The notes below the pieces were generated by a model that saw only the letters and a list, made by a program, of their open reading frames with translations, had not been told where the DNA came from and searched no databases. Shown one piece after another: positions 1 to 6,976 of a DNA stretch of 7,009 nucleotides. Position 1 is the first letter of the stretch, and every line of letters begins with the position of its first letter. Origin of the DNA: Octopus sinensis (lineage: Eukaryota); NCBI RefSeq assembly GCF_006345805.1, contig NW_021829032.1, positions 1 through 7,009 on the forward strand, written 5' to 3'. Both the position numbers and the translations under genes were made by a program.

Positions 1-333
1 TTGTAGTTTTTCCCCCTGGAATATGATGGAAGCTGTTCTCTGCACATTTTCAGTGTTTATTGCTCCTGTGCATTTGTCAGACACAAAAACTATCCTCCCA
101 GTTAGCCTTCCTTTGATACTGCTGCACCTCTTATGTGTCCATAGCTTACACTGGGTACATCTTATAGAATTTTTACCTACGCCTTTTCTACCTGAAGGGA
201 TTTGTGATTTGTCTGCCTTCCTATTTATTAAGACTTTCATTTTTGCTAGATTGACTCTAAGGCCCTTTGATTCTAGACGATGCTTCCACACCTGAAACTT
301 CTCCTCCAGTTTTGATAGTGACTCAGCTATTAG
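1..333 (-). pseudogene. RTE-clade LINE reverse transcriptase fragment (post-YADD region) with a degenerate PHD-like Zn-finger insert
   Basis: My translation of the minus strand 333->1 is open for 111 codons: LIAESLSKLEEKFQVWKHRLESKGLRVNLAKMKVLINRKADKSQIPSGRKGVGKNSIRCTQCKLWTHKRCSSIKGRLTGRIVFVSDKCTGAINTENVQRTASIIFQGEKLQ. It fits the RTE RT pattern (xxAES...W...LE..GL.VN..K.K) plus CxxC-x4-HxxC. It is missing from the ORF track because it runs off the window. In-frame TAG at 336-334 next to the (TA)n tract marks the truncation. Confidence 0.85.
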
Positions 334-340
334 CTATTGA

Positions 341-375
341 TATATATATATATATATATATGTATGTATATATAT
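341..375. repeat. (TA)n microsatellite with TATG interruptions
   Basis: Direct reading: tatatatatatatatatatatgtatgtatatatat. Confidence 0.97.
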
Positions 376-430
376 CAAACAACAAAATTATGAGAAACAC
401 CACAAACATGATCATTATGATGATGATAAA

Positions 431-756
431 CATCATCATCATCATCATCGTTTAACGTCCGCTTTCCATGCTAGCATGGGTTGGACGATCTTGACTGAGG
501 GCTGGTGAACCAGATGGCTGCACCAGGCTCCAACCTTCATTTGGCAGAGTTTCTACAGCTGGGTGCCCTTCCTAATGCCAACCACTCCGAGAGTGTAGTG
601 AATACTTTTTACATGCCACCAGCACAGGTGCCAGTAAGGCGACTTTGGTAACGATCATGCTCGAATGGTGCCCTTTTACGTGCCACCGGCACAGAAGCCA
701 GTTGGCTGCTCTGGAAATGATCACACTTGGATGGTGCTCTTGGCACCCTACTAGCC
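431..756 (-). mobile_element. RTE-tailed non-autonomous retroelement (SINE-like), 5' part missing, with (GAT)n tail
   Basis: Minus strand ends ...CCAACCCATGCTAGCATGGAAAGCGGACGTTAAAC(GAT)6, tail at 431-449, typical of RTE-type 3' ends. Internal GTTGGCATTAGGAAGGGCACCCAGCTGTAGAAAC resembles RTE-associated middle-body sequence (recall). Two diverged copies of the same 3' end occur at 3249-3374 and 6138-6240. No tRNA head is visible. Confidence 0.75.
601..750. repeat. Internal minisatellite, ~66-bp unit x ~2.3
   Basis: Unit 1 601-666 (ttttacatgccaccagcacaggtgccagt...gatcatgctcgaat) aligns with unit 2 667-732 (ttttacgtgccaccggcacagaagccagt...gatcacacttggat); a partial third unit starts ggtgctc at 733. 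Confidence 0.75.
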
Positions 757-1175
757 ACTGAGGCATTAGTGTGCATGCTTAAGAACAAGCTCTCAGAACA
801 GACTACTCCAAATATCACTTTGATAAATGTACTGAATTGCTACAGCGTAGGATGTGCTTTGAAAAGGGAGAAAAGTATAAGCCATATTGTTAGTGAGTGC
901 CGTAAGTTCGCACAACATGAATACAAAAGGAAACATGACAATGTACCAGATATGTCCACTGGATGTTGTGCAGTAACGCAAACCTCGAGAGATCTGAACA
1001 ATAATATGAACACAAGTCAGAGGGAGTAATGGAAAAGAGGAACATTACAAAATATTCTAAGCATGCACACTAATGCCTCAGTGGCTAGTAGGGTGCCAAG
1101 AGCACCATCCAAGTGTGATCATTTCCAGAGCAGCCAACTGGCTTCTGTGCCAGTGACACGAAAAGGGCACCATTC
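663..1175. repeat. Long inverted repeat: arms 663-781 and 1058-1175, 276-bp spacer
   Basis: 688-781 is the exact reverse complement of 1058-1151 (94 bp). The outer ~25 bp match with 2 substitutions (687/1152, 683/1156) and a 1-nt indel (678). Confidence 0.97.
757..1057 (+). pseudogene. R4/Dong-clade (restriction-like endonuclease) LINE fragment: CCHC zinc knuckle and RHD-like motif
   Basis: Across 3 frameshifts and 2 stops: TEALVC/A*EQALRTDYSKYHFDKCTELLQRRMCFEKGE/SISHIVSECRKFAQHEYKRKHDNV/RYVHWMLCSNANLERSEQ*YEHKSEGVME..YKI. This is the classic ETE..A.QEQAL.T / CR.C..K.E...HI.S.C / Y..RHD.V / W region upstream of the PD..D nuclease. Confidence 0.9.
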
Positions 1176-1179
1176 AAGT

Positions 1180-1308
1180 AGTATCTTCTCCTGTGACTCA
1201 AAGAGACAATACTCTCCTTAGAATTCGAGCTGTACCACCCAACAATTCTGTCTTCTGGATCACCTCGAGCCTGACAGCAGCTCAATTATTCCTAATATGT
1301 TTTTCAAA
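1180..1308 (-). pseudogene. R4/Dong-clade ORF C-terminus with natural stop and short 3' flank, inverted relative to 757-1057
   Basis: Minus strand 1308->1198 reads FEKHIRNN*AAVRLEVIQKTELLGGTARILRRVLSL*, matching the R4/Dong terminal motif IQK..LLGTA.ILR.VL. Stop is at 1200-1198. Confidence 0.85.
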
Positions 1309-1673
1309 GCTTGAGAGGCGGTTGGATGGAACCTACACTCGCCTCCTTATGAGAGCTCAAAATCTCTCGTGGAAGCGCCATCCAACCAAAATGCAAATAT
1401 ATGGGAAACTACCACCTGTGTCATCTCTTGTGAAAGGTAGGAGAGTCCAGTTTGCTGGACATTGTTGTAGAGCTGAAAAAGAAGTAATTTCTACTCTTCT
1501 CCTCTGGAAGCCATCTACTCGCAATACCAGAGGGCGCACACTTTCCTACCCTGATGTAATCTCCAGGGATACGGCATCCAGCAACAGGACCTCCGTAATG
1601 CCATGATGGACCGTGAGTCTGGCGTAGCATGGTAAATTCCATTGTCTCGACCACGGTCGAACAATGATGATGA
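1304..1673 (+). pseudogene. RTE-clade LINE 3' end (5'-truncated) with (TGA)3 tail
   Basis: SKLERRLDGTYTRLLMRAQNLSWKRHPTKMQIYGKLPPVSSLVKGRRVQFAGHCCRAEKEVISTLLLWKPSTRNTRGRTLSYPDVISRD, then via two 1-nt frameshifts (~1572, ~1616) GIQQQDLRNAMMDR/VWRSMVNSIVSTTVEQ*. The pattern LR..L..SW / RRL.FAGHC.R / LLW.P / RGR / DR..WR is typical of RTE C-termini. This explains ORF 1193..1606. Confidence 0.85.
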
Positions 1674-1737
1674 CTACGTGAAACCTTTGGTTATTGACTG
1701 TTTTCAAGTAAGAATAACGGTAATTTAAAACTTTTGG

Positions 1738-1825
1738 AATAATAATAATAATAAATAATAATATAATAATAATAATAATAATGAATAATAATAATAAATA
1801 ATAATGATAATAATAATAACAACAC

Positions 1826-1872
<47 letters not shown>

Positions 1873-1947
1873 TAATAATAATATTAATAATAATAATAAT
1901 AATATAATTAATATAATAATAATATAATGATAATAATAATCATAATA

Positions 1948-1979
<32 letters not shown>

Positions 1980-2097
1980 TAAGAATAATAATAATAATGA
2001 TAATAATAATAACAACAATAATAATAATAATAATAATAATAATAATTATAATAATATATAATATAATAATGATGATGATGATGATGATGACGATAAT
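1738..2097. repeat. Long imperfect (AAT)n microsatellite grading into (GAT)n
   Basis: About 330 bp of AAT units with point variants, then (GAT)6 at 2071-2088. Confidence 0.97.
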
Positions 2098-2098
2098 A

Positions 2099-2612
2099 TA
2101 CCAGGCAGTGGCTCTCATGGCTTCTGATCTTAACTGATTGGAAGTGTTATCATGTACATTGTTTTGTCTTGGTATAAAAGATGGGCTACAGCAATATTCT
2201 GCTCATACCACAGATTTGCTTGTCAGTTGTTTGACCTTAACCCGTTGAGCATGTCCCTTAGTGGCTGACGATATGTGCATCTCTGATCACGAGCAGAAGT
2301 AATGGGGGAGCATCATAGCCATGTGTTGAGAGGCAGTCTTGGGGTTTGAATAATTCACCTCTGGAAACATGGGTGGTTTTTCACATCCTTAAACAAACAA
2401 CCATTATTCAGGGACCGTTTGAGCAGGATGGGCTACTCAACCTGAAGAAAATTCTAACTGGGCCCCACCTGCAGGTCATGTGCTGTTTATCTTATGGTTG
2501 TGATGCACGTGCCTTGTGTACCCTTATCAGACGGGTAGTCATGATGGGTATATTGGGCTTCGTATATTTTACCCCCAGTGTCACTTTGATGGCATGCACT
2601 GCTCTCTCACTC
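2099..2612 (+). mobile_element. Unclassified ~515-bp element embedded in (AAT)n; probable non-autonomous retroelement
   Basis: Complex-sequence island with sharp edges, bounded by AAT/GAT repeats on the left and (AAT)n from 2613. No tRNA A/B boxes and no recognisable protein motif. I recall it as an abundant Octopus repeat (unverified). Strand is inferred from the (AAT)n tail. Confidence 0.5.
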
Positions 2613-2662
2613 AATAATAATAATAAGATAATAATAATATATAATAATATAATAATAATAAT
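2613..2662. repeat. (AAT)n microsatellite
   Basis: Direct reading. Confidence 0.95.
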
Positions 2663-2817
2663 TTTTGAATTTTATTTTTATGTATTAGACATTCACTAGT
2701 ACAACACCAAAAAAAAACCCCAAATATATGGCACAGAACTTCCAACCTGTTGTCTCTTGAGGCTCTGGGTGAGACTTGGAGCCAATTGTACAGACATAAA
2801 GCAAAAGTCAAACATAG
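2663..2817 (+). mobile_element. Probable R4/Dong-clade 3' UTR stub ending in (AAT)n
   Basis: GTCTCTTGAGGCTCTGGGTGAGACTTGGAGCC...AAAAGTCAAACATAG runs directly into (AAT)n at 2818. It resembles Dong-type 3' UTRs by recall only, and Dong elements are known to target (TAA)n. Confidence 0.55.
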
Positions 2818-2843
2818 AATAATAATAATAATAATTAATAATA

Positions 2844-2881
<38 letters not shown>

Positions 2882-2897
2882 TAATATTGATAATAAT
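2818..2897. repeat. (AAT)n microsatellite
   Basis: Direct reading. Confidence 0.95.
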
Positions 2898-3248
2898 GCA
2901 GAATGACAGCAAAAAAGAGAATATAAAATATATCAGAAGATATTGTGGAGATAAAGCGAACAAAATATTAATGAAAATAACATTTTTAGAATACCATAGT
3001 TTAAAAGAAAGGAATTCTATCATAATGTTGAAAGGACAGGAAGAATTAACGCTTAATGATATAAAAGCACAATGAGTGGCCTTCCTGATAATGATAATAA
3101 TAGTAATAAACAACAACAATAAATGTAAAAGTGACATAAATAGACTATGTAAGATACTTTATGAAACTACCACAATTATTATTATTATTATAGAAATTGA
3201 ATATTCGTTTGAGCAGAATTCAGAAGCATAAAAGTTCCAATAGTTATA

Positions 3249-3374
3249 TCGTCATTGTTGTCATCATTTAGCATCCGTGTTTGATGCTGGCATGGGTTAG
3301 CTGGTTTGGTAAGGTCTGATGGGTTTAAAGACTGCATTATGCTCCACTGTTTGCTTTGGGCATGGTTTCTTGCC
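3249..3374 (-). mobile_element. Old degenerate copy of the RTE-tailed SINE-like 3' end
   Basis: 3261-3300 tcatcatttagcatccgtgtttgatgctggcatgggttag aligns with 444-483 tcatcgtttaacgtccgctttccatgctagcatgggttgg; gactgcattatgctcc aligns with ggctgcaccaggctcc (516-531). Confidence 0.65.
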
Positions 3375-3507
3375 TTTATGAGTTTTTGAGAATTTAACAA
3401 GAATACGAAAAGAAAAAAAACCCCATAAAAACACATATCAATAAACACGTCTTGTTTCAAATATATTATAACAGTCATGTAAAAAAAACAAAGAGATTTA
3501 ACATATA

Positions 3508-3929
3508 GGCGCAGGAGTGGCTGTGTGGTAAGTAGCTTGCTTACCAACCACATGGTTCCGGGTTCACAGTCACTGCGTGGCATCTTGGGCAAGTGTCTTC
3601 TTTGCTATAGCCCCGGGCCGACCAATGCCTTGTGAGTGGATTTGGTAGACGGAAACTGAAAGAAGCCTGTCGTATATATGTATAATATATTATATATATA
3701 TTGTGCGTGTATGTTTGTGTGTCTGTGTTTGTTCCCCATCATTGCTTGACAACCGATTTGGTGGTGTGTTTACATCCCTGTAACTTAGTGGTTCGGCAAA
3801 AGAGACCGATAGATGAATAAGTACTGGGCTTACAAAGAATAAGTCCTGGGTCTAGATTGCTTGACTAAAGGCGGTGCTCCAGCATGGCCGCAGTCAACTG
3901 ACTAAAACAAGTAAAAGAGTAAAAGAGTA
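3508..3929 (+). mobile_element. Full-length tRNA-derived SINE with CORE-like segment, central (TA)/(TG) microsatellite and AGTAAAAG tandem tail
   Basis: A box TGGCTGTGTGG 3518-3528; degenerate B box GGTTCACAGTC 3561-3571; TGGCATCTTGGGCAAGTGTCTTC 3578-3600 resembles the CORE/MIR motif CCTTGGGCAAGT; microsatellite ~3673-3730; tail AAGTAAAAGAGTAAAAGAGTA 3909-3929. A possible short TSD ATATA (3503-3507 / 3929-3933) is low-complexity. Candidate member of the described octopus OK/OR1/OR2 families; I cannot say which. Confidence 0.9.
3518..3571 (+). promoter_or_regulatory. Internal Pol III promoter (A box, damaged B box) of the SINE
   Basis: A box fits TRGCNNNNYGG; B box deviates from GGTTCRANNCC; tRNA-like spacing. 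Confidence 0.6.
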
Positions 3930-4153
3930 TATAGATTATATTAGTCTCAGAATCGAACCCAACCAAGATTTAAGGAATGACAAACCTCTACATAGGAAGA
4001 AAATAATTAGTTTCTTTCCAGTCTGAACAAATTCAATTAAGCAAACGATAAGAGAAATTGCAGACATAATTTGAAGGATGAAAAAAAACAAAATGAAGAG
4101 GATTTTTTTCAAAGACATGTAAAAGAATCTAGTGAGAGAGTTGTTATACAGAG

Positions 4154-4157
<4 letters not shown>

Positions 4158-4189
<32 letters not shown>
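4158..4189. repeat. (TA)16 perfect microsatellite
   Basis: Direct reading. Confidence 0.97.
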
Positions 4190-4191
<2 letters not shown>

Positions 4192-4740
4192 GTTGATGGC
4201 ACCAAAAGAATCTCAGAATTGAAGTTTTGCAGATATAAGATTATAAGAAATCAATGAAACAGTTCAGTAATAAATGTCTTGAATGTTTCAGGTATCAAAT
4301 CTCTGGCTTAATATTTAATAAACTGATATGGAATACTTGCAGAGCTTTTTGGTTGTATTATAAAAGAATGAGAGACAATATCACTTTGGCGCACTGAAAG
4401 GGAAAAACTTCAATTGGTAGGTATGAGAAATTCTCAGATTTATAGAATTATCAGTGGTCAATCAATCACATGGTATGAAGTTATATTGGTGTTTATGTGA
4501 TGGCAGCATTCAATTAAAAGTGAATGAAGCCAATTCAAATGGGCCAATAAATTGGTTTGGGTGAAGCAAATGTGTCCGTAAAAATATATTAACAATATGA
4601 AAGAAGCCATAAATAAGAAAATGATTAAAGAACTGAGACATGGCATTGGTTATCTTTTTAGCAGAAAATTGTAAATGATTCATATTGCTTGTGTAATGGT
4701 AATATTTGCTTACAATTAGTATGGGGTCAAGACCAGGCAA

Positions 4741-5066
4741 CACTCATACACATGGACGCTCATAAGCACACACCTACAGACAAAACAACACACATACACA
4801 CACACACACACGCATGAACGTGCAGGCATGCACACACACACATGCACATGCATGTGCACACACATACCAACAAACACACGCACACACATATGCATACATG
4901 CACATTTTTGACGGTTTTCTTTCTTTGCTAGGTCTCCACTTACCGAATCCACTCGCGAGGCTTTGGTTGACCAGAGGCAATAGTAGAAGATACTTGCCCA
5001 AGGCGTCATGCAATGGGACTGAACCCAGAACCATGTAGTCATGAAGTGAATAACCATGTCTGCTAT
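4741..5066 (-). mobile_element. Second, older copy of the 3508-type SINE (5' half plus expanded (GT)n centre)
   Basis: Minus strand reads catggttctgGGTTCAGTCCCattgcatgacgccttgggcaagtatcttctactattgcctctggtcaaccaaagcctcgcgagtggattcggtaag, collinear with 3551-3650. B box at 5015-5025; A-box region decayed; (CA)-rich tract ~4741-4905. Confidence 0.85.
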
Positions 5067-5208
5067 TCCCCTCTGCTGTGCCATAACACCTGTCCATCCA
5101 TGTCCACCACGTCTGACTGTAGATTATAAAGGAGTTTATTTGTTTTCTTGGGGACTTGTTAGTTTCACCATTTGAATGGAAATAACCATTGGGAGAACTG
5201 CGAATTCT

Positions 5209-5544
<336 letters not shown>

Positions 5545-5712
5545 CAACCTGACTTTAATATATTGCATCCAAAAATGGTGAAAGCAAAGTTGATTTCCTC
5601 AGTGAGATATGAACTGAGAATTGTCTAATACTCTAATGATTCTGCTAATACACCATGCTGATTCTTGCAGACAGTACATAGGTTTAGTTGAGGAACTGAT
5701 CTGATGTTCCAA

Positions 5713-6138
5713 ATATTCATATTAGAACAATGTGTCACAGTAACCTCCTCAAAGAGAAGAAATTTAATTAAAAACATTAATATCATGCTGGATAAAGAAA
5801 CAGAGATAAGTTGATTAAAGCAAACGCAGACATACAAATATTTAGGAATCAATGACTAAAATGGTGAAAAATGGTAAAAAACATAGACAACTGGAATAAT
5901 AGGTGAAAAAGGAAAAGTATTGATGCAGTAGATTAATTCTTCAAACAGAGCTAAATACAAATGAATAAATAAAATAAGAAAAATGTAAAGTAATAGGTAT
6001 CAATTCTCTATCTAGTTGTCTCAGAAATAAGTTGTAGTAATAATATTCTTAACTGGAAGCTAAATATAAGTAGCTAGACTAGATAGGAAAACAAAAAACA
6101 GAGAAAAACTGTCTGTTCAGAAAATACCATCCAAAATC
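5713..6138 (+). pseudogene. Heavily decayed R4/Dong-clade reverse transcriptase fragment (RT motif 7 into thumb)
   Basis: Collinear motif islands across stops and frameshifts: IFILEQCVTV..KRRNLIKNINIMLDKETEI (5713-5808), QTYKYLGIN (5827-5853), RLILQTELN (5930-5956), KVIGINSL (5987-6010), NILNW (6042-6056), LDRKTK (6079-6096), YHPK (6125-6136). Order matches FGLDKC / YKYLG / L..ELN..NK...IN / NW / LDRKTRK / HPKS. Confidence 0.85.
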
Positions 6139-6240
6139 ATCATCATTGTCACCATCATCATTTAAAATCTGTTTCCCATGCTGGCATGAATTGGACAGTT
6201 TAACAGGAGTTGTCGAGTCAGAAGACTGCACCAAGCTCTT
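6138..6240 (-). mobile_element. Third, truncated copy of the RTE-tailed SINE-like 3' end
   Basis: catcatcatttaaaatctgtttcccatgctggcatgaattggac (6153-6196) and ctgcaccaagctc (6226-6238) align with 442-486 and 518-530. Confidence 0.75.
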
Positions 6241-6262
6241 CTGCCTGATAGAAAAAAAAAAT

Positions 6263-6365
6263 ATTTACCACAAATACAGGGAGATAGGAGTCTTATGAGA
6301 CTAGAAAACAGTTATAGAAAGTAGGCCTGTATTCTTATCAGTAAAGAATAATGGAAAAATATTTA

Positions 6366-6397
<32 letters not shown>

Positions 6398-6445
6398 CAT
6401 AAATGTGTGTGTGAGTGTGTGTGTGTGTGTGCATAAATGTGCGTG
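6263..6445. repeat. Direct repeat, copy 1 (partner 6761-~6976)
   Basis: 6263-6332 vs 6761-6830: 68/70 identical. After tct vs gactacaaaag, both continue tatcagtaaagaataatgg, then (GT)n carrying the same two GCRTAAAT interruptions and a GAGT variant. Confidence 0.95.
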
Positions 6446-6760
6446 TTTGTTTTTTTGTTTTGTTTCCTTCTCAAGCCATGCCTGGCTCATAAGGGCCAGT
6501 TTCCCGGTTTCTTGGCGTATAGGTTCCCCACCTGGACGGAACGCCGGTCCGTCGCAGGTGAGCTGCAAGATGCAGGAGGAAAGAAGGAGAGAAAGTTGTG
6601 GCGAAAGAGTCAGCAGAAGTTTCGCCATTACCTTCTGCCGGAGCCGCGTGGAGCTTAGGTGTTTCGCTCATAAACACACATGCCACCCGGTCTGAGATTC
6701 GAACCCACGATCCTTCAGCCGCGAGTCCGTTGCTCTAACCACTAGGCCATGTGCCTCCAC
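6445..6760 (-). mobile_element. Full-length, young tRNA-derived SINE (different family from 3508) with V-domain-like segment and (ACAA)-type tail
   Basis: Minus strand begins GTGGAGGCACA; A box TGGCCTAGTGG (6749-6739); B box GGTTCGAATCT (6705-6695). CCTGCGACGGACCGGCGTTCCGTCCAGG (~6559-6532) resembles the V-SINE domain by recall. Tail AAACAAAACAAAAAAACAAAC at 6465-6445. Many CpGs are retained. Confidence 0.9.
6695..6749 (-). promoter_or_regulatory. Near-consensus Pol III A and B boxes of the SINE
   Basis: TGGCCTAGTGG and GGTTCGAATCT at tRNA-like spacing. Confidence 0.75.
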
Positions 6761-6976
6761 ATTTACCACAAATACAGGGAGATAGGAGTCTTATGAAACT
6801 AGAAAATAGTTATAGAAAGTAGGCCTGTATGACTACAAAAGTATCAGTAAAGAATAATGGGAAAATATATGTGTGTGTGTGTGTGTGTGCGTAAATGTGT
6901 GTGTGTGAGTGTGTGTGAATGTGTGTGTGTGAGTGTGTGTGAATGTGTGTGTGTGTGTGTGTGCGTAAATGTGTGT
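6761..6976. repeat. Direct repeat, copy 2 (longer (GT)n portion)
   Basis: Starts atttaccacaaatacaggg at the base immediately after the SINE 5' end (6760). The right boundary lies inside the (GT)n and is approximate. Confidence 0.93.

Noticed and set aside
23-295. 90-aa plus-strand ORF
   Set aside because: Antisense shadow of the RTE RT fragment; no recognisable motif.
417-442. 11-bp hairpin ATGATGATGAT-aaac-ATCATCATCAT
   Set aside because: Juxtaposed opposite-strand trinucleotide repeats at a retroelement tail; low complexity.
663-1175. MITE or Pack-type DNA transposon with ~119-bp TIRs
   Set aside because: No flanking TSD; the left arm is continuous with the SINE-like element, and the arms include R4 coding sequence.
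727-1606. ORFs 727..1029 and 1193..1606 as intact genes
   Set aside because: Both are chimeric frames crossing element junctions; only parts match R4 or RTE proteins, with frameshifts and stops.
1825-2118. Poly-Ile/Leu/Tyr ORF (also 2835..3137)
   Set aside because: Translation of (ATT)n microsatellite.
2265-2448. Hammerhead ribozyme cores CTGACGA (2265-2271) and CTGAAGA (2442-2448)
   Set aside because: I could not build stem II followed by GAAA with stems I and III around either motif.
2887-3075. 62-aa ORF or possible exon
   Set aside because: Starts inside (AAT)n; no known motif and no convincing splice sites.
3508-3580. tRNA genes (also 6685-6760)
   Set aside because: A/B boxes are present, but there is no closed acceptor stem or full cloverleaf, and each continues into a SINE body and tail.
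4292-4420. Candidate exon between tttcag (4286-4291) and gtaggt/gtatga (4417/4421)
   Set aside because: All three frames stop before the donors (latest TGA at 4395-4397); weak polypyrimidine tract.
6599-6639. HDV-like ribozyme reading of the pseudoknot
   Set aside because: No nucleotides lie between the second strand and the stem-1 partner, so P3/L3 and P1.1 cannot form.
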